Below are positions 28,444 to 39,021 of a stretch of DNA of 50,701 nucleotides, piece by piece. Below the pieces are notes generated by a model. The model searched no databases, had not been told where the DNA came from, and was given only the letters and a program-made list of their open reading frames with translations. The position numbers were made by a program, and so were the translations under genes. Source of the DNA: Chloroflexota bacterium (GTDB taxonomy: Bacteria; Chloroflexota; Anaerolineae; Anaerolineales; UBA11858); contig JAUWCZ010000002.1 in NCBI GenBank assembly GCA_030609055.1, positions 1 through 50,701 on the forward strand, read 5' to 3'. The first letter of the stretch is position 1. Each line of letters opens with the position of its first letter.

Positions 28444-29001
28444 ATGCAATCATATCAGGAATTTCTCAGTGAGATTCTCATCCAGGAACAGGAACTTCAG
28501 GACAAAGTCAAGGAGTTAGGGGAAATCATCAGCCGGGATTATGAGGGGATGGATTTACATCTGGTTTGTATCCTCCGGGGTGGTGTGCTCTTTTTGACCG
28601 ATTTAATGAGGGCTATATCGGTTCCCCATTCGATTGATTTTATGGCGATTGCTTCCTATGGCGTTGGTGCCCGGGAAGCATCCGGCCATGTTCGACTCAC
28701 AATGGATCTCAGGGACGACATTCAAGGCCGAAATGTGCTGCTGGTTGAGGATATTGTGGACAGCGGTAATACTTTAGCGTCAGTATTAGGTCTTTTAGCT
28801 ACCCGGAAACCAGCTTCTCTTAAGGTATGTACTTTACTCGATAAGGCAGAAAGGCGAGAAACTGAAGTACAACTTGATTATGTCGGTTTTGTTATTCCCA
28901 ATAAGTATGTTTTTGGATACGGGTTAGACTTGGATGAGTTTTATCGCGAACTGCCTTTCATTGGCGTGGTAAACGAAGAGAAATATACACCGCCTGATTG
29001 A
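28444..29001 (+). CDS. hpt: Hypoxanthine phosphoribosyltransferase
   Basis: Start at ATG 28444 (MQSYQEFL); the track ORF from 28327 overlaps tdk and is rejected. It has the PRPP motif LLVEDIVDSGNTL and the FVIPNKYVFGYGLD tail. Confidence 0.9.
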   Translation: MQSYQEFLSEILIQEQELQDKVKELGEIISRDYEGMDLHLVCILRGGVLFLTDLMRAISVPHSIDFMAIASYGVGAREASGHVRLTMDLRDDIQGRNVLLVEDIVDSGNTLASVLGLLATRKPASLKVCTLLDKAERRETEVQLDYVGFVIPNKYVFGYGLDLDEFYRELPFIGVVNEEKYTPPD

Positions 29002-29170
29002 TAAAATATTTGAATATTTAACGGATCTAAAATCAAGGGGGAGATCCACAATAATACTGAGAAGTAGTCGCTGTTCCAATTCGAATCAATCCGGCAAAAA
29101 CCCAGGATGGATTGGGAGGGATTTTCAACCGATCCAAGGATGAACCTTGAAAAAGAGGCCAGAATTCCCA

Positions 29171-30535
29171 ATGTTGTATCATCAAATCGCGGAAGTGATA
29201 AAACCTTCTGCGGCTTTTCTGGTTGGCGGGGCGGTCAGAGATTTGCTATTGGGGAAACCTATCCATGATTTAGATTTTGCACTGCCAAAGGATACAATTC
29301 GCTGTGCAAAAAATGTCGCTGATCGATTGAATGGAGATTATTACCTGCTTGATAAAGAACGACAAGCTGGCAGAGTATTGTTACAGGATGAAAAGAATCA
29401 TAGGCTTATGGTTGATTTCACAACTTTTCAGGGGGAAACAATTGAGGAGGATCTGCAATCTCGTGATTTTACAATTACCTCCATGGCTATTGACATTTCC
29501 CATGATCAGCAGATCATTGATCCATTTCAAGGTGCGAGAGATCTAACTGATGGTTTGATCTGCAGCACAACCAAGCGATCATTACAGGATGATCCGCTGC
29601 GGAGCCTCAGGGCTGTCCGTATGGCATCCCAACTGGGGTTTATTATTCTCCCGGAGACTAAAGCTCAAATCCGTGATGTCAGAAAGGCTATTTCAGGGGT
29701 CTCTCCAGAACGGATTCGTGATGAGCTATTTAGAATGTTATCTGGTCCGAATCAGGCTGGTGCATTTCAAGCCCTCCAGGTCCTGGACATATATCGATTG
29801 ATTTTTTTAGACGAGCTCACTCCCCGCCAGCTGGATACTCTCCGAAGGTTGGAGGAACTCCTGACCGTTTTAAGAATGAAGCATACTCAGGATACAGCTG
29901 CCAATTTGAGGTTAGGACTCTTTGTCCATCGACTGGGCCGATTCCGGAAAGAAATCCAAACCCATCTAAAACGCGAACCTGTCCCGGGAAGATCGATTTT
30001 CCAGCTGTGTTTACTGAATCCCTTGCTTCATTCTGCAGAGATCACCAGTGAAAAATTAGATCCTTCACTTAAACAGTATTCTTCTTTCATCCAGGGTCTT
30101 CAACTCAGCAACCAGGAAATCGATTTACTGAAACAAGAGACTCGTGCGGCGAGTGCTTATCGAACTTTCACCGACATTCCTTCCCCGATAGAGGTTTACC
30201 GGTATTTCCGGAATTTTGGTGAAGCTGGTGTAGAAGGGATTTTCCTGGCATTAGCCCAATTCCTGGCAGTAGAAGAGAAATCTACTTTAGATTCCGTTTG
30301 GTCAAAACAGCTGGATATTGCCAGAAGTGTATTGGAAGGGTGGTGGGAAAAACGAGATCAATGGATTGATCCCCCCAGTTTGATGAATGGTGATGATCTG
30401 CAGGCTGAGTTTGGTCTTGATCCTGGACCGGAGATTGGTAAGCTGCTGGAGGAGCTCAGGGAAGCTCAAGTCCAGGATGGAATTCAATCCCGGGATAAAG
30501 CAAAGAAATTTCTCAAACAATTATTGGATTCATAA
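29171..30535 (+). CDS. tRNA nucleotidyltransferase (CCA-adding) / poly(A) polymerase family protein
   Basis: GGAVRDLLLGKPIHDLDF head-domain motif and RDFTITSMA. The start is uncertain (ATG 29171 or TTG 29147). Confidence 0.7.
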   Translation: MLYHQIAEVIKPSAAFLVGGAVRDLLLGKPIHDLDFALPKDTIRCAKNVADRLNGDYYLLDKERQAGRVLLQDEKNHRLMVDFTTFQGETIEEDLQSRDFTITSMAIDISHDQQIIDPFQGARDLTDGLICSTTKRSLQDDPLRSLRAVRMASQLGFIILPETKAQIRDVRKAISGVSPERIRDELFRMLSGPNQAGAFQALQVLDIYRLIFLDELTPRQLDTLRRLEELLTVLRMKHTQDTAANLRLGLFVHRLGRFRKEIQTHLKREPVPGRSIFQLCLLNPLLHSAEITSEKLDPSLKQYSSFIQGLQLSNQEIDLLKQETRAASAYRTFTDIPSPIEVYRYFRNFGEAGVEGIFLALAQFLAVEEKSTLDSVWSKQLDIARSVLEGWWEKRDQWIDPPSLMNGDDLQAEFGLDPGPEIGKLLEELREAQVQDGIQSRDKAKKFLKQLLDS

Positions 30536-30549
30536 TACCGTCCAGGATA

Positions 30550-31281
30550 ATGACAAGATCACATCAGCCGATTAATTTTAAAAAACTGTACAACGGATTT
30601 TCACTGCCACTGTCGAACCTCGACTGCGGTGAGAAATGCGGTCCTTACAATGATTATGGTGTGCCAGTTTGTTGTGATATTCAGCTGTTAATTCCCTCAG
30701 CGTATGACCTGGAATGGAATTATTTGCAGTCTGAGACAGCGTTATGGCGTCTCTGGAGCGGTTCATCTGCGATCGAGAAGGACTCCTTGCAGCAGGAAGT
30801 CCAGCCTGGACAGGTTTTAATACAATGTCTGGGACATCAAGACTGTCAGCGTTCTTTTCGGACAATCACTTGCCGGGCGTTCCCATTCTATCCCTATCTC
30901 GACAGTGTTGGCAGTTTTATAGGCCTGGCGTATTACGGAGATTACCGGGAGCAATGCTGGATTATCAGCAACCTGTCAAGTGTCAGTGAGGAATATAAGT
31001 CACAGTTTCAAACAAGTTTTCTAAAATTGTTTCAACTCTATCCGGATACAAGGGATAACTTCCTCAATTTTTCCAGATCTATGCGGAACCAGGCTGCAAA
31101 CGTGGGTGAAAGTATTGCATTACTGGATTTTGCCGGAGGTGTTTTTATAGTTGATCCAATTACTGAAAAAGTCCAACAAATCTCCTTTCAGGATCTGGGT
31201 TCTTTTGGTCCATTTAAGATTATGAAGGATCTGATCTTCTCAGATGAGGATCAGATCCAAGAATCAAATAAGAAGAAATAA
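30550..31281 (+). CDS. Cys-rich hypothetical protein, possibly YkgJ/UPF0153-like zinc/iron-chelating domain
   Basis: 243 aa. N-terminal CGEKCG...VCCD and downstream TCRAFPFYPY resemble the CxxCGxCC ... RPxxCRxFP pattern of the family. Similarity is judged by eye only. Confidence 0.4.
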   Translation: MTRSHQPINFKKLYNGFSLPLSNLDCGEKCGPYNDYGVPVCCDIQLLIPSAYDLEWNYLQSETALWRLWSGSSAIEKDSLQQEVQPGQVLIQCLGHQDCQRSFRTITCRAFPFYPYLDSVGSFIGLAYYGDYREQCWIISNLSSVSEEYKSQFQTSFLKLFQLYPDTRDNFLNFSRSMRNQAANVGESIALLDFAGGVFIVDPITEKVQQISFQDLGSFGPFKIMKDLIFSDEDQIQESNKKK

Positions 31282-33065
31282 TGGATGAAAGCGTTTTTCT
31301 GACTACAGAATTCACTTTGCCTGATGAATATCAGGTTCCCGCCAGTATACTAGCGAGCCGGAAGAATCCCATCCGGTGGATTTCAGCGCATTTTATGCAG
31401 TATTGGTATTTGGGACTAAGCATGTTAATTGGAGCAATCGGCAATGCGGCGCTTGCATCTGCTGTGCCGATCATTATAGGATTGGCATTTAACGCTCTTT
31501 TGGAGGATCCTCCCAGAGATGACTCCTTATTAAGATATGCCTTGTTGATTGTTGGAACTCAGATTGTGAGGGGCATCCTTCAGTTGGGCAGGAACTTCAG
31601 CGCCGAGCTGATTGGTCAGCGATTGGAAAGGGATATTCGGCATGAGTTTTACACCAGTCTGTTGGGTAAAAGTATGACCTATCACAGTTTGCTGCCAGTA
31701 GGGGATGTGATGGCCAGGGCAACCAACGATGTTCGGGAAATCAATTTTATGTTCAGTCCCGGTATCAACCTGGTGGTAGGATCAGCAAATTTTATATTCA
31801 TGCCAATCATTTTTGCCGGACAGTATCATCCAACCTTGGTGATTGCCCCACTTGTGTTCCTGGTTTTATATATCCTCGCGATCTGGCAGTATCTCTACGA
31901 ACTTCAACCAATCACGGATGCTGTGAGAAAAGCATTTGGAACCTTAAATTCCCGGTTGGCGGAAGCAGTGGACGGGATTGAAACTGTGAAAGGTATGGCT
32001 GAAGAAGAAAGTGAAGTAGATTTATTTAAGCAGAATGCCCGCAGTTTCAGGGATAAAGAGATCCGTCAGGGAGATGTGGAAGCCCGTTTCTTACCTCTGC
32101 TGCTGATGGGGCTTATCCAAGCTGGCGGTTTGTATCATGCGATTCTCCTCTATCAGAGAGGTCTGCTTCAAGTGGGAGACATCGCCGGATATTTTGGCTT
32201 ACTACTTCTGCTGGGCTTCCCTACTTTTGTGTCCCTGTTTGCTTATTCTCATGTATCCCTGGGGATCGCTGGAGCCAGGCGGATCCTGGAATTAATTAAC
32301 CGGGAGACAGAACTGGATCAAAATCAATCAGGATATGCTGGTGAAATGAAAGGTAAAATCCGTTTTGAAAACGTATCTTATGCCTATCCTGACAATGAGC
32401 CATCTATCTCAGGTGTCGATTTTTCTCTCAATCCCGGGCAAACTGTTGCCATCATTGGACAAACTGGATCTGGAAAAACGACCCTGGCAAAATTGGTCAA
32501 CCGTACCTTTGATGTTACTTCAGGTGCGATTCTAATTGATGATACGGACGTTAGGGAATGGAATTTATCTGTTCTCAGGAGACAGATTTCGATTATTGAA
32601 CAGGATATTTTTCTTTATTCCAATACCATCGCTGAAAATATTGCCTTTGGGAAACCGGACGCTTCCCAGGAGGAGATTGTAGAAGCGGCGAAATCTGCCC
32701 AGGCGCATGAATTTATCCTTTCCTTTAAAGATGGTTACCAAACCTCGTTAGGGGAAAGAGGTGCAACCCTTTCTGGAGGACAGCGGCAGCGCTTGGCCTT
32801 AGCACGGGCGTTCCTAACTGATCCCAAGATCTTAATTCTGGACGATTCTACAAGTTCGATAGATAGTGCTACTGAGGATGAGATCCAAAAAGCGATATTT
32901 ACAGCTGCAAAGGGGAGGACAACATTAATAATCACCCATCGGCTTTCGCAAATTCGCTGGGCGGACCACATTCTGGTCATCCGCAAGGGTGAAATAACTA
33001 CCAGCGGAACCCATGAAGAATTGATTGAGCATTCAAAAGTTTACAGCCAGTTGTTTAGGGAATAA
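31281..33065 (+). CDS. ABC exporter, fused permease/ATPase (half of a heterodimer)
   Basis: 594 aa with a six-helix TMD, then Walker A GQTGSGKTT, signature LSGGQRQR, and Walker B ILILDD. Confidence 0.85.
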   Translation: MDESVFLTTEFTLPDEYQVPASILASRKNPIRWISAHFMQYWYLGLSMLIGAIGNAALASAVPIIIGLAFNALLEDPPRDDSLLRYALLIVGTQIVRGILQLGRNFSAELIGQRLERDIRHEFYTSLLGKSMTYHSLLPVGDVMARATNDVREINFMFSPGINLVVGSANFIFMPIIFAGQYHPTLVIAPLVFLVLYILAIWQYLYELQPITDAVRKAFGTLNSRLAEAVDGIETVKGMAEEESEVDLFKQNARSFRDKEIRQGDVEARFLPLLLMGLIQAGGLYHAILLYQRGLLQVGDIAGYFGLLLLLGFPTFVSLFAYSHVSLGIAGARRILELINRETELDQNQSGYAGEMKGKIRFENVSYAYPDNEPSISGVDFSLNPGQTVAIIGQTGSGKTTLAKLVNRTFDVTSGAILIDDTDVREWNLSVLRRQISIIEQDIFLYSNTIAENIAFGKPDASQEEIVEAAKSAQAHEFILSFKDGYQTSLGERGATLSGGQRQRLALARAFLTDPKILILDDSTSSIDSATEDEIQKAIFTAAKGRTTLIITHRLSQIRWADHILVIRKGEITTSGTHEELIEHSKVYSQLFRE

Positions 33066-33094
33066 TGCCAAGTTGGAATTAAAGGAATAACTGA

Positions 33095-34906
33095 ATGGGA
33101 TTTTTTTCAAGTTTGGATACCGAAGCTTATGATCGGGAATACACTGACAGAGTGCTGATCGGACGCATCTTTCGCTATCTGAAACCTTATCAGGGACGGC
33201 TGGTTTGGGTCTCCATGCTTCTGATCCTGGTAGGTGCCTCCAGTGCATCCCTACCGCTGATAGTATCCAATAGTATTGACCGGTTAACAATCAACCAGAC
33301 TGACAGAATTGTTTTACTCCTATTAATTCTGGTATTGCTGGCAGCCCTCATTAATTGGGGCGGAAACTGGATAAGGCGACGCATGACTGTCCGGGTTGTT
33401 TCAGATGTTGTGATGACCCTGCGGACCGATGCCTTTACTTCAGCTGCCAACCATGATCTTTCGTTTTATGACAAATTTTCTTCCGGTCGTGTGGTTTCAC
33501 GGATTACATCCGATACGAGGGAATTTGGACAATTGATTGTGCTTATCACTGACTTATTAGCCCAAGGTGTCCAATCTGTCATTTTAGGTGTGGTACTGGT
33601 CCGATTAGAGCCCCGATTATTCCTTTATGTCCTGGGCTTTTTACCAATCGTATTTTTTTTAACACTGGGTTTCAGACGAATTGCCCGTAAAGTGACCAGG
33701 GAAGGCATGCGGGCAATGGCAAAAGTCAATGCCACAATAAAAGAAACAGTGAGCGGAATCGAAGTAGCAAAAAACTTTCGCCAGGAATCTGAAATATTTG
33801 GCGACTTTAATTTAGCCAATTCAGAATCCTACCGCATTAATGTCAGGCGAGGTTTCGTGCTTTCGATTATATTCCCGGTTCTTAATGCGGTGGGAGGAAT
33901 TGGATCCGCGATACTGGTTTATGTGGGAGGGATGAACGCTGCCCAAGGCATGGTTACCATCGGATCCTGGTACCTCTTCCTTTTGAGTCTGGACCGGTTC
34001 TTCTTCCCGGTCCTGAATTTAGCTTCCTTCTGGGCGCAGGTCCAGGCAGGTTTATCTTCCGCTGAGCGAGTGTATGCCTTAATAGATGTCGAGCCCGCGG
34101 TTATTCAGAAGAACACCCTAAAACCGGATCGTTTATCTGGTCGCGTTCGGATTGAGGGACTCAATTTCAAGTACACAGCGGATGAATGGGTCTTCCGGGA
34201 TTTTAATTTGAATATCGAACCGGGGAAAAGCGTAGCCCTCGTTGGACATACCGGCGCGGGAAAGTCATCCATTGCGAAATTGATCGCCCGTTTTTATGAG
34301 TTTCAGTCCGGCAGCATTTTAATCGATGACCATGATATTCGGGAACTTGATCTGACAGCCTACCGCAAACAACTGGGCATGATTTCCCAGATTCCGTTTC
34401 TATTCTCCGGAACGGTTGCTGAAAATATCCAATACGCTAGCAGTGAAAGTAGTCTAGAAGATATGATGCTCCTTGCAAACAAGATTGGAGATGGGGGTTG
34501 GTTGGAGACTCTGCCTGAGGGACTTCAGACCGAAGTGGGTGAACGTGGGGGACATTTATCAATGGGTCAACGGCAGCTGGTTGCCCTGCTGCGTGTGTTA
34601 ATACAAAATCCTGCAGTGTTTATCCTGGATGAGGCTACAGCCAGCATTGATCCCTTTACAGAACGTCAGATTCAACAGGCGTTGGATTTGATATTGCAGG
34701 ACAGCACAAGTATCCTGATCGCTCACAGACTTTCAACCGTCAAGTCAGCCGACAGAATTGTGGTCCTCCAGGAAGGTAGGATCATCGAAGAGGGAACTCA
34801 CCAGACGCTGCTTAAAAAAAGTGGGTATTATTCAGAATTGTACAATACCTACTTCAGACATCAAAGTTTGCAGTACGTGGAAGATAGTGGAAAATTGATT
34901 AAATAA
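33095..34906 (+). CDS. ABC exporter, fused permease/ATPase (second half)
   Basis: 603 aa with Walker A GHTGAGKSS, signature LSMGQRQL, and Walker B VFILDE. Confidence 0.85.
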   Translation: MGFFSSLDTEAYDREYTDRVLIGRIFRYLKPYQGRLVWVSMLLILVGASSASLPLIVSNSIDRLTINQTDRIVLLLLILVLLAALINWGGNWIRRRMTVRVVSDVVMTLRTDAFTSAANHDLSFYDKFSSGRVVSRITSDTREFGQLIVLITDLLAQGVQSVILGVVLVRLEPRLFLYVLGFLPIVFFLTLGFRRIARKVTREGMRAMAKVNATIKETVSGIEVAKNFRQESEIFGDFNLANSESYRINVRRGFVLSIIFPVLNAVGGIGSAILVYVGGMNAAQGMVTIGSWYLFLLSLDRFFFPVLNLASFWAQVQAGLSSAERVYALIDVEPAVIQKNTLKPDRLSGRVRIEGLNFKYTADEWVFRDFNLNIEPGKSVALVGHTGAGKSSIAKLIARFYEFQSGSILIDDHDIRELDLTAYRKQLGMISQIPFLFSGTVAENIQYASSESSLEDMMLLANKIGDGGWLETLPEGLQTEVGERGGHLSMGQRQLVALLRVLIQNPAVFILDEATASIDPFTERQIQQALDLILQDSTSILIAHRLSTVKSADRIVVLQEGRIIEEGTHQTLLKKSGYYSELYNTYFRHQSLQYVEDSGKLIK

Positions 34907-34909
34907 TTC

Positions 34910-34942
34910 AAAGCTCCCGGAGGTTATTAACCTCCGGGAGCT
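34910..34942. repeat. CCCGGAG-core palindrome, copy 3 (terminator-like)
   Basis: AAGCTCCCGGAGGTTA-T-TAACCTCCGGGAGCTT, followed by ATTT. It sits between the ABC operon and the pseudogene. Confidence 0.6.
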
Positions 34943-34965
34943 TATTTCCTCAGTTATTATTGTCA

Positions 34966-35440
34966 TTAAATCTGAAATTCCCCATCTATATAAAGCAGTT
35001 CACCATCAACATGGATTTCGCTGTCTTCCCTGATGTCACAAATCATATCCCAATGGATGACGGACACATTTTTACTGCCGGTCTTCGGATACTCTGCTCC
35101 GAGTGCCAGGGTGGAATGAACCTCCAATTTTCTCATCATAGAGAATGCTTTTGGTAAATATCTGGATTCCGTAGTTCGTGCCGATGGTAAATTCACCCAG
35201 ATATCGGGCACCTTCATCGCTGTCCAGCATGGCAAGCAGGAATTCCTAATTGTTCTTTGCACAGGTCTGGAATACTTTGCCATCCTTGAATTCTAAGCGG
35301 ACTCCGTCAACTTCTTTGCCTTCTTCAATCGCCGGGTAGGTGAACTCTACCCAACTATTGGCGGACTCTTCGACCGGGCCTGTGAAAACCTCTCCGCTGG
35401 GCATATTATTAGTACCGTCGGAGTTGATGATTGTTAATTC
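34966..35440 (-). pseudogene. Remnant of an M29 (AmpS/aminopeptidase T-type) aminopeptidase gene
   Basis: My minus-strand translation gives NMPSGEVFTGPVEESANSWVEFTYPAIEEGKEVDGVRLEFKDGK...[48 protein letters not shown], then a shift to [45 protein letters not shown]. There is an in-frame TAG at 35246-35248 and a 1-nt frameshift in the C-run at ~35109-35111. The N-terminal half or more is absent. Confidence 0.7.
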
Positions 35441-36286
35441 CTAAACTTGGATAATCTTATCAAACTGTTTGGTTACTTCAAGCCATTCTGCAAGACTGAG
35501 AGTTTCAGCCCGTCGTTTGAAATCAATTTTTGCAGAGGATAACAAAGATTCAGTTTTGTCTTTCGGCCATTTTAAGCCGGTGGAAAGTGAGTTACGCAGG
35601 GTTTTCCGTTTGTGCAGGAAACCAGCTTTCACTAATTTGAAGAACTTTTCCCTTTGGCTTTCTGGCAGAATCGGCTCCGGGTGGAGGTTAATCCTAATCA
35701 CAGCTGAATCTACTTTTGGGGATGGATAAAATGCTTCCGCTGGTACGCGATGTACCAGGATTGGTTCACCATACATCAAAACGCTTAAGGAAAGCACACT
35801 CATACCACCGGATTTAGCGCACACCCGCTGGGCAACTTCATGCTGGATTGTAAGGATTATGCGCTTTGGTTTTACCTCAGATTCCAGCAAATTTCGGATG
35901 ATGGAAGATGTGATATAGTAGGGAATGTTGGCAACAACAAGATAGTCTTGCTTTTGAACCAAATCTCCAGGATCCATCTGGAGGATATCACCCTGGACAA
36001 TCCGGATATTGTCGATTGCCTGCAAGGTTTCTTCCAGGGCAGGAATCAGGCGTTTATCAAGTTCCACTGCGATAACCTGACTGGCTACTTGTGCCAGTTG
36101 CCTGGTGAGATGGCCAAGGCCAGCGCCAATCTCCAGGACAACATCCTGGCTTTCAACCTCTGCAGATTTTATGATCTGTTCCAGAATCTGCGGATCTGTC
36201 AGAAAGTTTTGCCCCAGGTTTTTATCAGGCTGTAAATCATATTTTTTCAGCAGGGCTGAGATGGATTGATAATCTGGTGTGGTCAT
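35441..36286 (-). CDS. rsmA: 16S rRNA (adenine1518/1519-N6)-dimethyltransferase
   Basis: Start chosen at ATG 36286 (MTTPDYQS); the ORF is open to 36361. Motifs present are NLGQNFL, LEIGAGLGHLT and ANIPYYITS. Confidence 0.85.
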   Translation of the reverse strand: MTTPDYQSISALLKKYDLQPDKNLGQNFLTDPQILEQIIKSAEVESQDVVLEIGAGLGHLTRQLAQVASQVIAVELDKRLIPALEETLQAIDNIRIVQGDILQMDPGDLVQKQDYLVVANIPYYITSSIIRNLLESEVKPKRIILTIQHEVAQRVCAKSGGMSVLSLSVLMYGEPILVHRVPAEAFYPSPKVDSAVIRINLHPEPILPESQREKFFKLVKAGFLHKRKTLRNSLSTGLKWPKDKTESLLSSAKIDFKRRAETLSLAEWLEVTKQFDKIIQV

Positions 36287-36363
36287 GATCTGCTGGGCAT
36301 TATAACATTCCGAAATAACACAAAGGGACCGGATCCCTTCAAGGGGCACAGCCCCTCTCAATC

Positions 36364-37596
36364 ATGATGAATACAAAATACCCTCCACCAATATATGGAA
36401 CAGAGCCTGGCTCGTGGGCTCGGTCAACGGTTCTGGATCGCCTGCCTCAGATTGCTGGTCGAGTGATGGATGAAAATGAGTTCCCCGGTCCAGTTGTCGA
36501 TAAACTGATCCAGCTCAAGAATGGTATCCCCGACCAGCTCATTCGATCCCTGAACGACCGGCATGCACCCGATGCCGCTGTTTGGGAAGGTTATCTGGAA
36601 CCTCAAGTCGGAAAAAACTGGCTGGAAGTTCCCTGGTTCTTTGCTGAACATTATTTTTACCGGCGGATCATGGAAGCAGTGGATTATTTTAATGTGGGGA
36701 GTGATCCATTTTTCTACCAGAAAGAACAAGGACTGATTAAAACTCGGGAGGACATTCAGGCGTATGCGTCTGTAATAACCCAATGGTTAAAAGGTGGGGG
36801 TAAAGCTCACAATCTGCTCCGGGAAGCCCTTTTATTCTCCCTATGGGGCAACCAGGCAGATTTGAGTTTATGGCCAGCCGGAAGTTCAGGGACGCCAAAA
36901 CACCCTTCTCAAAAATCACTCAAAGAGCATCTTCTGGCGGATGATAGCAGCCAGATCCTTCGGTTGTTAACCAGGAAAAGCACAACAGAAAAGAGGGTTG
37001 ACCTAATGCTTGATAACGCCGGTTTTGAACTGGTTTGTGATCTGGGATTGGCGGATACAATATTGACTCATCACCTGGCAGGCGAGGTGAATTTACATGT
37101 TAAGGCACACCCGACCTTTGTATCTGATGTGATCAGTCAGGACATTGATCAGACTGTAGATTTTCTTCAGAAATCCGAACAGGAAGAAACCAGGAATCTG
37201 GGTGATAGATTGGAGAAACACTTCCGGGAGAGGAGAATTAGGACGGTAACAAACTTCTTCTGGAATTCTCCCCTTCCAATGTGGGAGCTACCATCAGATC
37301 TTCGCCAGGAATTATCGGGATCGGATTTGTTAATCAGCAAAGGGGATGCCAATTATCGCCGGCTGCTGGGAGATCGGCAATGGGATTTTACGCTTCCTTT
37401 TCACCAAGTTGTGGATTACCTATCAGTACCATTAGTGGCATTGAGGACTTTAAAAGCAGAATTGGCGGTGGGTTTGGATCTGGATCAAATCAGGGAAACA
37501 TATAATCAGGATCCAAATTGGATGGTTGATGGAAAATGGGGTGTGGTCCATTTTGCCCCTGGAACAACTCCAAGACCTAATAAAGAATATACATGA
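36364..37596 (+). CDS. DUF89 / ARMT1-like damage-control phosphatase family protein
   Basis: 410 aa with the DNAGFELVCDL and SKGDANYRRL metal-site motifs typical of DUF89. Confidence 0.7.
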   Translation: MMNTKYPPPIYGTEPGSWARSTVLDRLPQIAGRVMDENEFPGPVVDKLIQLKNGIPDQLIRSLNDRHAPDAAVWEGYLEPQVGKNWLEVPWFFAEHYFYRRIMEAVDYFNVGSDPFFYQKEQGLIKTREDIQAYASVITQWLKGGGKAHNLLREALLFSLWGNQADLSLWPAGSSGTPKHPSQKSLKEHLLADDSSQILRLLTRKSTTEKRVDLMLDNAGFELVCDLGLADTILTHHLAGEVNLHVKAHPTFVSDVISQDIDQTVDFLQKSEQEETRNLGDRLEKHFRERRIRTVTNFFWNSPLPMWELPSDLRQELSGSDLLISKGDANYRRLLGDRQWDFTLPFHQVVDYLSVPLVALRTLKAELAVGLDLDQIRETYNQDPNWMVDGKWGVVHFAPGTTPRPNKEYT

Positions 37597-38983
37597 TGTT
37601 ATCTGGTGAGGGGGCTGGAGCCAGGAAATAAACGGTCACATTTTGACTCCAGGGCACATAATTCTCTTTTTTATACCCCAGGTCCACCCAATTTACACTC
37701 CAGGGGACACCACCACCCACATCCTCGATGGTGCCAAAACCATATCCTGGAATATAGACCTTGGCGAACTTCATATAACGGTACCAATCCAGCGTTACGG
37801 CGATGGTCCCTTTTTTCAGCACTGTACCACTGGAAGTGATAGTATCACACCCGGGACAGGTGGAATCATATGAGGTTGCATAGGCGGTGATTTTTCGCCA
37901 GTATTTAATCTGGCCATCGGGTGTGTTTGCGGTCTGGATGTTAATCCTTGTACCATAGCCGATCACCCGAGGCTTGGGTTCCTTGATCATCCACTCTTTC
38001 TCAATCTCCCTGGATATTTCAGACCCATTTTCGAAGATAATCCGTAATCGCTGAGCTTGGATTCCAAACTCTCCCCCTGCGACGATTTGCAGCTGATCCA
38101 GATCCAGATCATTCGCTGATTGATATTCAGTTGTGAATTGGACTTGCTCCTGATTGAGAAGGATTTCTTCTTTTACCCGGATGATCTCAATTTGGCCATC
38201 TTCTGGCAGGGGATCCTCCTCCGGAGGATTACTGTAGTCCAACCCCTGTAAAGAGAGACCTGATTGAGCAAGGGCAGCTCCAACTGTACTTGCAGTTGAC
38301 CTGATGGGTAGGGTCTTATTTGCTAGTTGGACCAGAAGAGGTTTTGACCGGATCAGTTCTACCGAAAGAGGTGTTCCGGTGAGCGCTGTGTTGAGAGGTA
38401 AAGATAGCTTATCTGCCTCGTAGATCTCGATGTTTTCTTTATAGAGCGCATCGGCCAAAATATCTGCATCGGTTGTGAAATGGATGATCCTATCTTCAAT
38501 TTGTAATTCGATTGGCGTACCACGGAAAAGCTGGATTGAATGTGATGAGCCAGGGGGGAAGCGCGTATTTTGTTGAACTGGAAACCCGTCAACCAGCAGA
38601 TGATCTCCAGGATAGAGCAAGAGACCAGCTTCTAAGAGGATGTTTTCAGGATTACGTTCTGCTGAGATGAGCGAGATCGTTTGGTCATCAGCGAAGATTT
38701 GAATCTGCTGTGAGAGGGTCAGGACGATGGTTTCTCCACCCCAGAGTAATGTTTTTTGGGTTGGGTTCAGACGGTCATTATCATCGAGAGTGATTCCCTG
38801 TTCCTCAAGAAAGCCGTTGACGGATAAAGCAAAAGTTGTGTGCTCTTGCAGTTCACTATTGATTACCAGAAAGACCTTTTTATGAATCGATAGTAGAGTC
38901 AGGGTAATTCCCAGAACCGTCAATACTACCGCCGTGATTTTTTGGAGAAGAGGTTTTTTAAGGAAATTGAGGATATTCATCAA
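37577..38983 (-). CDS. YabE/RpfB-like cell-wall protein (DUF348 repeats - G5 - 3D domain)
   Basis: 468 aa with an N-terminal TM anchor, repeated DUF348-like units, a G5-like segment (EIIRVKEEILLNQEQVQF) and a C-terminal 3D domain (AYATSYDSTCPGCDTITSSGT...GTIEDVGGG). Its 3' end overlaps the convergent DUF89 gene by 20 nt. Confidence 0.7.
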   Translation of the reverse strand: MMNILNFLKKPLLQKITAVVLTVLGITLTLLSIHKKVFLVINSELQEHTTFALSVNGFLEEQGITLDDNDRLNPTQKTLLWGGETIVLTLSQQIQIFADDQTISLISAERNPENILLEAGLLLYPGDHLLVDGFPVQQNTRFPPGSSHSIQLFRGTPIELQIEDRIIHFTTDADILADALYKENIEIYEADKLSLPLNTALTGTPLSVELIRSKPLLVQLANKTLPIRSTASTVGAALAQSGLSLQGLDYSNPPEEDPLPEDGQIEIIRVKEEILLNQEQVQFTTEYQSANDLDLDQLQIVAGGEFGIQAQRLRIIFENGSEISREIEKEWMIKEPKPRVIGYGTRINIQTANTPDGQIKYWRKITAYATSYDSTCPGCDTITSSGTVLKKGTIAVTLDWYRYMKFAKVYIPGYGFGTIEDVGGGVPWSVNWVDLGYKKENYVPWSQNVTVYFLAPAPSPDNIMYILY

Positions 38984-39021
38984 CAGAGGGAGTTTTCCTG
39001 GTGTTATTTTCCTGCTGGTTT

